Positions 1 through 10,665 of a DNA stretch of 64,000 bases are shown piece by piece; within the stretch, counting starts at the first letter, position 1; each line of letters starts with the position of its first letter. The translations under genes and the position numbers were made by a program. Location of the stretch: the NCBI RefSeq assembly GCF_048593235.1, contig NC_133620.1, positions 348,430,454-348,494,453 on the forward strand, given 5' to 3'. This stretch comes from Sminthopsis crassicaudata. Its lineage: Eukaryota. Under the pieces are notes generated by a model. It was not told where the DNA came from and ran no database searches. It saw nothing but the letters and a program-made list of their open reading frames with translations.

Positions 1-111
1 TTCTAAAGTTTTGTGAGTCCTTTGCTACTCCCTCTGCCTGAGGATTCGAGATAATGTCACTGATTATCACTGACACAAAGTAACCCTGAGAAAAAGTTTG
101 CTTAGGACATC

Positions 112-713
112 TTATCCTTTCTCCTTCTTCTGGGCTTCCCCAGCTTTCTCCTGATTCTTTCCTCTTTCTCCTCCCTTATTATCCTGATGGCTTTTATTAT
201 GTGACTTCTGGTTTCTGACAAGAGGAAAGTCCTTGAGAGGTGATAGATGGTGGTGTTTTACTAGATGTGTGACCTTAGACAAGTGGTTTCCTTTACTCAG
301 CTCCAGTTTTCTCATCTTTTCAATAAGGGGAGGGAGGAGAGGTTGGACTATATGCTTGCTAAGGTCCTGTCTATCTTTGACCTGTAATTCTGAGTCTAGC
401 TTTTCATCTTTTGTGAGCTGGTTTTTGGATCTGTTTGTGGAACAAGACAAGGAGGGAGCCTGAGACAGCCCTGCTGAAGTCACTGGGCCTCCAGACATCA
501 GAGTTGGGGTGTGTGTATCCTGGCTACACTCCCTCACTTTCATCCTTTGTTTCGAGAAGCCTGTTCCCTCGACCATCATCTGGATTCTCATCGTGGCATG
601 TCCAATGAGGCAAAGACTTTGTCTGGACATGAACCCAGACAATTTTTCAACATCTCCTCCCCTTCTCTGAGCTTTCTGAGGGTTGTTTTCAGTCTTTTCC
701 TTGTTTCCCTTCT
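112..713 (-). other. Candidate terminal coding exon of an unrecognised gene (200 codons)
   Basis: The acceptor tttaatttctcctgcttttcttag| ends at 714. The frame is open from 713 to the stop at 112, and the preceding in-frame stop (TAA 735-733) lies within the acceptor tract. I recognise no homology. Confidence 0.35.
259..330 (+). mobile_element. MIR/CORE-SINE fragment
   Basis: tactagatgtgtgaccttagacaagt...cagttttctcatctttcaataagggg resembles the CORE consensus. Confidence 0.7.
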
Positions 714-1809
714 CTAAGAAAAGCAGGAGAAATTAAAGCTAGACACAAGTATGGACTTCCTTTTGAGGTTTGAGGTTAAAAAGGGAGTTGGCAAATAGAT
801 TCATAGTGGGAGGAGCAGATGTGTCTCAAGACAGAGGAATGGACAAGAAGACTTTTTAGGGTCATCTGATGTTGAACTCCTAGCCATTGTTACTACAAAT
901 GATGGTGCTAGTCAAGTGGCTGGTTCCCAATAAATTTTCTCTTTTAGCCAAGATTGAAATGGCTTGTTTCTCCACAATTGAAGATAGCTCTTTGCATTTC
1001 TCCCTCCTGTGCCTTCTGTCTCAGTCATAGCTATGAATTGGATTCAGACTAGATACCCAAGCTCCCTTTCCCTCTTGCCCTCATCCTCTTTTTCTCCCTT
1101 TTCTACTTCTTTCCTCTGTCCCTCTCGCTTTCCTTCCCTCTTTTCCTCTCCTTTTCTGAAGAGCTTAAGGGCCTGAGTCTCCCAGTCCCACCTTTTTACT
1201 TTTGTTCAGGAATCTACTGATCAGCTTGTCAACCCAGCCTTCAAGGCTTCTGCAATGTAATTACTCTCATTTCTCAAGTCTGGTTTCTCAAAACTCTAGC
1301 AGAGCATTTTTTCTCCTGCTCTTGCAAAAGACAGTGCCCTTGTTTTGGACATTTCCAATCTTAAATTCCCTACTCCAGTCAGTTAGTCAATCAGCATTTG
1401 TTAAGCATTTACCATGTCCAGCACTGTGTTAGGCAATTGGACTATATTTTAGTGCTATATCTTTTGGGGCCCCCACTTTGCTTCCTCCTTCCATTTCTCT
1501 TAAGCACTTGTTTGTCCTTTCTCACCACATGCCCTTTCTTACCTCAAATCCCAACCCTTTTCTCTGTGCTTCAATTTCCTCATCTGTAGTTTTACAGATC
1601 ATAAAGGGGGAATATCCCAAGAATTTGAAAATGGAAAAAAGGAGGTGGACTAAATGGTCTAGAAGTCCCCTTATTCTCCAGTTTGAGGTTTAAGACACTG
1701 ACACTTTCAAGCTTTTCATTCTCCACCCAGTTTTGTCCCTCCCTTGTTTCCCAACCTTACTCCATACTACCCTCCTTCAGGAAGCTCATTCTGACTCAAT
1801 TTATTCAGC

Positions 1810-2010
1810 TGCCTTCTCTTCCTTTCCTTTCCCTTCCCCCTTCCCTTCCCTATTCCTTCTCTTCCCTTTCTTCCCTTCTCTTTTCTTCCCAATTCTCTTC
1901 CCTTCCTTATTCCCTTTTCCTCCCTTCCTTATTCCCTTTTCTTCCTCTCCCTTTTCCTTCCTTCCCTTCCTTTGCCCTCCCTTCCATTTCCATCTCTTTC
2001 CTTCCCTAAA
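1810..2010. repeat. Polypyrimidine low-complexity tract
   Basis: Near-pure C/T tract of (CCTTT)-like units. Confidence 0.9.
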
Positions 2011-2324
2011 CTAATATATCTATAGCTCTGTTTAGCTACAGAGACAACTTCCTGTGTCTGTCTCTGCTTTTGTTCTTGTTAAGTCTTTCCCATCAGACTG
2101 GAAGCTCCTTGAAGATGGCACATTTCCTCAACAGAACAAAAGCTGTTGGCACAAAGGACAGCATCTTTTTTCCTTTTTATATCCCTAAGTATCCAGGCAG
2201 AGAAATGTAGTAGAGAAGAGAAATAGGAGAGAAGGTAAAAGGTAAAGATTGAAGTTTATTAGACTAAGATCCAGCTGTTTCCTGAATTTCCAGCCATTTG
2301 GTAAATGAATATGAACAGTTAGCT

Positions 2325-3200
2325 TTCAAAGAAGCCCAAGTTATCATCAATCAAATGAAAAAGATTCTCCAAATCACTAATAATGAAAGAAATGCAAATT
2401 AAAGCAATATTTAAAAAAAAAAAACCTTTATACCCATAAGATTGGCAAAGTTGACAAAAAAGGAAAATAACAAATGGTAGAAAGGGCAGAAAAATGATTT
2501 TCTTGTTCAATGGATGTTATGAACTAATCCTACCCTTGTGAAAAGCATTTTGGAATTAGGCCCCCAAATTTACTAACCTGTGTATACCCCTCACTCAGCA
2601 ACACTCCTCGGTCTTTACCTCATAGAGCTCAAAGCAAGAGAAAAAGGACATATATGAACAGAAATTTTTGTAGCAGCTGTTTTTGTGTGTGTTAGCTAAT
2701 AACTGGAAACTAAGTGGATGCCCATCAATTGGGGATTGACTAAACAAATTATGGTATATAAATGTAATAGAATACTATGGTACCTTAAGAAATGTTTGAA
2801 GGGATATTCTCAAAGAAATCCGGAACACTTTCGGAATAGAATGAAGTGAATATAACCAGGAGAATGATTTATATAGTAAAAACAACATAGTAAAAATAAA
2901 CAAATTTTAAAGATTTAACAAGGTTGGTCAATGTGTTGACCAAACACAATTTCAGATAATTTATAATGAAGCATACCAAACATCTCCTGACAGAGAGGTG
3001 ATGGACTCAGGGTGCACAATGAAATATTCATTTTTGGATATGGACAAAGTGAAAATTTGTTTTTTCTTGATTGTGCAGACTTTTTTTTTTTTAAGGGTCA
3101 AGGGGAAGGGACAGAGAATATAAATGCTTACTATTTGAAAAAAATTCAGAGTTTTAAAAAATTGAAAGAAAAATGTTTCTATTGTGTATACTAGGCCAAA
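2325..3200 (+). mobile_element. LINE-1 ORF2 3' end and 3'UTR remnant
   Basis: atgaaaagattctccaaatcactaataatgaaagaaatgcaaattaaagc, ggatgcccatcaattgggga and similar motifs match degenerate L1 ORF2 C-terminal sequence. Confidence 0.8.
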
Positions 3201-3320
3201 GTTCAAGGTGTTAAGCTGGATGGAGAGGGAACAGAGAATCATGGGAGTTTAGGTAGGGTGAGATGAGCTAAGAACAACTCGCTATTACTGTTCTGATTAA
3301 TCTGGGAGGCTTCTTGGAAC

Positions 3321-3503
3321 NNNNNNNNNNNNNNNNNNNNNNNNNNNNNNNNNNNNNNNNNNNNNNNNNNNNNNNNNNNNNNNNNNNNNNNNNNNNNNNN
3401 NNNNNNNNNNNNNNNNNNNNNNNNNNNNNNNNNNNNNNNNNNNNNNNNNNNNNNNNNNNNNNNNNNNNNNNNNNNNNNNNNNNNNNNNNNNNNNNNNNNN
3501 NNN
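3321..3503. other. Assembly gap (others: 4604-4743, 10403-10541, 13161-13332, 15673-15825, 20493-20660, 21929-22281, 36611-36951, 46378-46519, 56782-~56994)
   Basis: Runs of N. Confidence 0.99.
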
Positions 3504-4759
3504 AGTAGATACATGGAAAGAACTAGAGAGGAGTATGACTTAGGATAGGCACAGATCACTGCATCTTCTCTTTACTCACTCTTAACTAACTTAGCAACTG
3601 GTTTAAAAGTATCTGGATTGATCTGAAGGGACACAGAAGCCAGGTAATGGAAGTCAGGACATCCCCAACAAAAATCTTAACAAGTAAACAACAGAGAAAA
3701 AAAATGGTACCCCAATTCTAACCTAGCTCTTCCAATGTTCTGCTATATGGACCCCTGAGCCTCCCTGCTCTTTCCCTCTCTTCTCCTTTACTTTGTGCCT
3801 AGGTGATACCACTGCCCTTCCCTATTCTGAAAGAGGGGCTAGAGGGAGAAAGTATCTACTTCTTTTGAAGGCTGGATCTGAACCAGAAGGCTATAATGAG
3901 ATAAATCCTACCCAGCCCTTTCCATTATAGTAGGAATAAAATGCTTTAAGACACATTTTTTCTTATTATCTACCAAGGAGCATGCATAGTGGGAAGAGGA
4001 CAGGACAAGTTCTAAGTTTCATTTCCTCCCTAGTAGGACTTCCAACTATCTACCTTCTTTTCCTTCCCAGTCTTTTTCACTTTACAATTTCTGGTCATTG
4101 ACCAAACCATGATGATAGATTTAACATCTAGTAGAACATAAGTTCTTTGAGGGCAAAGGTTTTCACATTTTGCCATTGTATTCTTGGCACTTAACGTGGG
4201 ACTTCATTATCAGTAAATATTCAATCAATATTTGGGTTAAATTGAATTGATTTTTTTTTTCTCTCATTTCATTATCTCTGACGCTGTAAGCTTGGCAACT
4301 TGGCACTACTTTTCACTTCCAACCCTCATTCCCCTTCACCCAAACAGGCCAAGGAGAGCAAAAATGAGCCTGTGAAGGAAGGGTGAGGGGAGGAGAAAGG
4401 GAGACACACACACACACACACACACAGATGGACACAGAGACACAGATGGAGACAGACATAGAAAGACAAAGAGCAAGACAACAAGAGACACAACGGAGAG
4501 AGATACAGAGAAGCAAAGAGAGACAGAGAGATGAAGAAAGAAACAGAAACAGAGAAAGAGCTACAGCCAGAGGAAAGAAAGGAAAGAAAGTCAGAGAGAC
4601 AGANNNNNNNNNNNNNNNNNNNNNNNNNNNNNNNNNNNNNNNNNNNNNNNNNNNNNNNNNNNNNNNNNNNNNNNNNNNNNNNNNNNNNNNNNNNNNNNNN
4701 NNNNNNNNNNNNNNNNNNNNNNNNNNNNNNNNNNNNNNNNNNNGAGAAACAGAGGAGAG

Positions 4760-4761
4760 AA

Positions 4762-4833
<72 letters not shown>
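4760..4833. repeat. (GA)n microsatellite within a purine-rich tract that also includes (CA)n at ~4405-4425
   Basis: Directly visible in the sequence. Confidence 0.95.
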
Positions 4834-4836
<3 letters not shown>

Positions 4837-7800
4837 AACCTGGTGCTCTTGATGAGTGATAATTTGTTTTATGACAGAAAAGGAAATTGTCTTCAGTTTC
4901 ACAAGAGCGAAACGAATTCGTTTGAAGTAGTTCGCCCTGAGGCGGGAAGAGAAGGTTTCTCTCTGGCCCTTGTCTTCTCTCTCCCTCTCTCCTCTCCTTC
5001 TAATTACAGTAGCTTCCAAGCCATTGGCAGAGGCTATGCCAGTCTGTCAGATGCCAACTGCCTGGGGAGCTCACCTCTTGGGTGTGGATGGAAAGGCGGA
5101 GCTGCAGGAGAGAGATGGAGTATCTTCTTGCATCCTCTGATCTGCTCACTACTTTTCCTGGCACTGCCAGTCAGAACGAAAGGCAGTTGAGAGGGGACAT
5201 ATTGTGGAGATGGGGAATAACCCCTGACTCTGCAAAGCAGCTAGAATTCCCTGGTACTTAACCAAGGTGAGGGTATGATCTATGGACTTTCTTAGGCAGA
5301 TTTTCCCAATTTTCTGGGTTTCTATTTGCTGGCTTCTAAATTTTCTTTTAGCTCCAAATCCATGAACATATAAACAGTCCTGCTTTCAGAGATTATCCTA
5401 TCTCTTTATTCCTTTGGAACTCAGTTTTAATGCTCAGCTCCTGGATCAGGAAGTCAACGTACCAAGAATGCCAGGACACTGGTGCCTGCTACCTAATAAT
5501 ACTCTCATAAAAGAGTTAAAGAGGTTACTCCCAGGAGCTGATTGAGAGATGCCATTGGAGTTCTGTGTTTTCTATGGATGAGGAGGGAGACCTTCCAAAT
5601 TCTCTCTTGAGACACAGAGAAAACACCTGCCATATTCCTCTGCCTTCCTTGAAACCTCCCCATGCTTGCCCTGCCGGAAGGCCAGAAGAAGGAGGGAGGG
5701 AAGGGGTGCAGCTGTCTGTGCAATGCCTGCTCTAGGGAGGGCAGGCGGGCGCCATGCTCTAGGGCTGCCAGCCTGGCACCGCTGCTTGGCGATGGGCATC
5801 CTCTAAAACAACAACTCTCATGCCTCTAATTCTGCACTTCCTGTTTGTCTTGATGTTATCGAATTTCCCTCTAAGCAATCAGAGCCCAGGCAGGGAGGGG
5901 GCAAAGGGGCAGAGCAAGGCAAGAGGTGGGGGTGGATGGGGGAAAAAGAAGGTCACAGGGGTGCCCTCCCTTGGGAATAGTGCCATCTTTGGAATTCAGA
6001 GGAGCCACTATGAATCTGAGAAATTAGAGCTTGTAAAACTACAGAGTTAGAAGGGGACATGGGATTCATTTAGTTCCAATTCCTTCACTTTACAGATTGG
6101 GAAACCAAGGCCCAAAGAAATGGATGCCTGTGTTGTCACTGGCTTTCATAACTATTCCCTTGAAAGGACCCAATCAAAAGGTCTTATGACTCTCCCCTTT
6201 CTAAAACATCAAGGACTACACGTCATCAGAAAAAGCTGAGTTATATTAAGTTACTTTTAGGCTTGGTCACAGTCACTCCCTCCCCTCTGGTCCTTTCCAA
6301 CAACAACAACAACAAACAGGGAAGATCCAAGGGTGGAAGCTTTCACTCTGTATTACTTGGTCAGGAAGTCCTTTTAGAGGTCCAACTTCAGTTCCTTCTA
6401 GCAACACAATACCTTGCATTTCGGAAGGCTTTTAGGTAGGCAGCTGTTAGCTGTTCTCCTTTATACTAACTCTGTCCTCCTCTAGAACTTGAAGTTCTGG
6501 TGTCAAGGCTATTTCAGACCTTTCACATCTGCTGCAGATTCATTTCTGACCACCCTTTTATGATCTCCAAATCCCTCTGGGATCCATTTCAATAAGCAGC
6601 TCCATCTCCTGTAAGCCCAGCTCTCCTTTTCACCCAGCATCAAGGTGGCATCTACCTGTGGGTGGTACAAACTGGGCAGTCCCAGACAAACCCCCCCACA
6701 ACTTCTATCCAACTTTGGTGCTTCTCACTTTTCCATAGTTCAATCTAAGGGACAGCTTCTGCCTCCCCCGAAGGCCCAGGTAATAACCCAGGGGGCTCTG
6801 CCAGACTTACCAGCACCTGAGCCCCCGGCAGCAGATAATGATGGGGGAGCTGGGCAGGCAGAGTCAACCCCTCAATCAGGAAGCAAATTAAAAAGGGAGG
6901 AAGCTTCCAGACACACCACAACCATGAGCCTGACTCCTTTTCCTAACTCACTCCATTCTCCCCAGTCCCAAATCTCTTCTCCCAAACCTCTCTTCAGGTG
7001 CCTCTAAAATGAGTGCCCAGCTTGGTGTGGGGGAAGGGGAGGAACAAGCTTCCCTTTCTCTTTTACTGTTGGGTAACCTGGGATCTCTTGCCCTCCTGAT
7101 CTCTAGACCTCTGATAGAATCTAGCTGACAGGATTTCAGGATGCCTATATGATTGATATAGCCAACCCCTACTTCCTTCACTCTCTGGACTCGGGATACT
7201 AAGATGAAGAGGATAGGAACATAATGGGTGAGACGACAAGGGATAAGAAATGAACCTAATCCTTATACAGAAGGCACTAGAAGAAGAGGGCATCCTAAAG
7301 AGACTTTATGCAAATCTACTCCAGATAATGTAATTGAGTAGACAGACCACCACATTTAGAATCAAAGAATTGGGATTTTAAATATCCAATTTGCTGTTTA
7401 CTAGTTATACAATCTTGGACAAATCCTCTGGGTCCTATCTTCCTCATTTGATACAAGTCCTGAGAAAGATCTTAGTTTAAAAAGTCAAGATCTCCCACAC
7501 TGCACCCAGTGCCATCAGCAGTCATCTTGGCTTATGTCTTGCACTCTGATGACTGGAGGAAAGAGTGAGGTTGGTGACTTTGCACAGGCCTGCCTCACTT
7601 GAATCCAATTCCCTTGCAAGTCAAGGCATCCACCTTCTGATGTCATTGTTCCTTTGAGAATGAAGGATGAACAACCACAATTCTCACCGGATATTTTATA
7701 TTGTTCTGATTCTGCTTTTTTTTGTTTTGTATTTCTATACATCTTTATTTATTTGTATATATCTTCATTTTGCATTTGTCTTTATATATATGCATATATT

Positions 7801-8748
7801 TACTCTGCCATATTGCTTTATAAAATATATGTAAGTGTATTATATTCATGCATACATGCACACATATGTACTTTATATGTACACAATATATTGTATGTTA
7901 TATGTATATGTATATCTATCTCTATCTCTATATCCTTCTTTCTCTTTGGTAATCTCCATACAGGACCACATTGGTTATCCATACCCTATGCTTTAAGAAC
8001 CTAGATGAAAGGAGAGCCTAGGATGGGAATGCAGAAAGGGTGATTCCTCTCCTCCACCAACCCTTATCATTTAACAATCTTTCAACAAATATTTATTGAA
8101 CATCTTCTTTGTACCAAGCTTATCTCTGGTGCTTCATGTTTATGTTTGGTCTCTTTCAATCATGTCCAACTCTGTGATCTCTTTTGGGATTTTCTTAGCA
8201 AAGATCTAGACTGGTTTGCCATTTCCTTTTCCAGCTGTTTGCTTTAACCCACTGGAGATGTCTGAGTCTGGATTTGAACTTGGGATTTCTTTATTTCAAA
8301 CCGAGCAATTTATCTCTTGAGCCCACTAGCTATTCCATTTAAATATGCACAGGATAAATATATATTAAACAAATGTGGATAGCCTCTTGTTTGGGGGTGG
8401 GAAGTAGGAGCTGGGCTCAAGAAAAGCTTCATGGAGAAAACAATGCTCAAGGAGAAGGGGGACTTGATGAGAGTGAAATAAAAAGGAATTGCATTTTAGG
8501 TGCATGGTATGCCCACTGCAAAAGCAAGAAATTAGAAAATACAGCATCAAAGATGAAGAATAGAAAGACCAGTTTGGCTAGATGATGGAGTGAAGAGTAT
8601 TGATTGGGTTGGGGTCCAATCAATGACTGCTGCCCTCTCCAATTTCCTCACTATATGATTCCCTTCTTCTTGTGGCTCGCTCCAAGCCAACTAAAAGAAT
8701 GTGAGAAGCCTCCTTCTTTCCATTTCTCTCCAAGACTATTGTCTGCTA

Positions 8749-8789
<41 letters not shown>

Positions 8790-9584
8790 GAGGCAATCAA
8801 GGTTAAGTGACTTGTTCAGGGTCTCAATAGTTACTAAGTGGATTTGAACCCAGTTTCTCCTAGGTCTGGTGCTCTATCCAATTCAACACCTAAAAGTCTG
8901 GAATCCAGCTAAAATAAAATACAATTGCCAAAATCTTTAAGAAAACAATAAAAAATATAAATTTATGGACTCCTTGGAAGATGTGAGTTTGAATTCTATC
9001 TGTGATTCCTTGTATAACTTCTATATGCTTCAAGATTCAAGATTTGCCCACTTAAGTTCTCACAGGATTATAGTTAGCTATACTTAGTTGGGGGCAGCTA
9101 AGTGGTAAAAATTTATACAATCTTGGGCCTAGAGTCAGGAAAATCTGAGTTCAAATTCAGCCTCAAGATACTAGCTGTGTAATCCTGTGCAAGTCACTTA
9201 ACCTAGGGTTTGCCTCAGCTTCCACAAATTAAAGACTGGAACAATAATGGCACTTACATCCCAGGTTGAGAGGACCAAAAGAGATAATAATAGTGAAGTG
9301 CCTGTCTAATAGTAAGCACTATATAAATGATAGCCATTAGTAATTAGCAAATAAGATTATATAAGATGTTTTATTAAAAATAATATATATATGCTATTAT
9401 TATAATTTCCCACTGGGACACCCTCCTTTCCTTATCTCCCATTGCTCTGCAACATGAACCTACCCAAATTATGAATTTCTCCCCTCCTTTGCTTTACACA
9501 CACACATCCATATACATATATCCCAAGTCCCTTCATTTACACTTTTCTATTGTCCATCCAATTTTACTTTTAAAACCTTACCCA

Positions 9585-10402
9585 AGTAGAAACAAAAGAA
9601 CATTGTACATGCAACAACAAGATTATGTGATGATCAATTGTGATGGATTTGGTTCTTTTCAACAGTGAGGTTATTCAAGGGAATTCCAATAGGCTTGTAA
9701 TGGAAAGTGATATCCATATCCAGAGAGACTACGATTGAGACTGAATGTGGATCAAAGCATAATGTTTTTATCTTTTGTTGTTCTTCTTGTTGTTTGTGTG
9801 CTTGTTTTTTTTCTCAGCTTTTTTTCCTTTTTGATCTGAGTTTTCATGACAGATGTGGGAATATGTTTGGAAAAATTATATATAGTTAACTTGTATTAAA
9901 TGTCTTGCTAGGGAAGGGAGGTAGAAAAATTTGGAACACAAGGTTTTGCAGGGCTGAATGTATAAAACTATCTTTCCATGTCTTTTTAAAATTAAAAAAG
10001 CATTATTTAAAAAATATAAAAAAAGAAAATGCAGTGACTCCTTGAAAAAAGAAAAAAAAATCCTTACTCCATCCATCAAGGTTCAGCTTAAATGCCACCT
10101 CCTCATGCCATTCACCTCCAGAGAGAGAACTATAGAGACTGAATGTGAATTGAAGCATAGTGTTTTCATCTTTTCCTTTGTTTATTTGCTTGTTTTTTCT
10201 TTCTCATTCCTTCCCTCCCCTTTTGGTCTGATTTTTTCTTGCAAAATATAACATGGAAATATCTTTAAAAGAAATACACATATTTAACCTATATTGGATC
10301 CCTTGTTTTATGGGAAGGGGGAAGGTAAGGGAGGGAGGGAGGAAAAATTGGAACATAGAGTCTTACAAAAATGAATGTTGAAAACTTCTATGTGTATTTG
10401 GA
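9585..10402 (+). mobile_element. Two adjacent marsupial L1 3'-end fragments (~9585-10050 and ~10110-10402)
   Basis: The motif ccagagaga...gagactgaatgtg..tgaagcata occurs twice, each with a T-rich/G-rich 3'UTR pattern and an A-rich tail. Confidence 0.75.
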
Positions 10403-10541
10403 NNNNNNNNNNNNNNNNNNNNNNNNNNNNNNNNNNNNNNNNNNNNNNNNNNNNNNNNNNNNNNNNNNNNNNNNNNNNNNNNNNNNNNNNNNNNNNNNNN
10501 NNNNNNNNNNNNNNNNNNNNNNNNNNNNNNNNNNNNNNNNN

Positions 10542-10665
10542 TGGGGTTAAATGACTTGCCCAGAATCACGCAGCTAGGTAGCATTGTGTCTGAGATCAGA
10601 TTTGAACTCAGGTCCTCCTTACTTCAGGGCTGGTGCTCTATCCACTGCACTACCTAGCTGCTCCT
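10542..10665 (-). mobile_element. WSINE1-like marsupial tRNA/CORE SINE
   Basis: Reverse complement of ggagcagctaggtagtgcagtggatagagcaccagccctgaagtaaggaggacctgagttcaaatctg. Confidence 0.85.

Noticed and set aside
1543-1583. Minus-strand MIR-derived segment with a strong donor (GAG|GTAAGA)
   Set aside because: The acceptor is poor and no open frame gives the phase 1 needed by the 112-713 exon.
4313-5190. Long ORFs with RERERE / SLSLSL / THTHTH runs
   Set aside because: They are translations of (GA)n/(CA)n microsatellites and span an N-gap.
6411-6712. Protein-like minus-strand text (…EIALTPELQVLEEDRV…, …AAYLKAFRNAR|gt)
   Set aside because: All frames have multiple stops and I recognise no parent gene, so a pseudogene call is unsupported.
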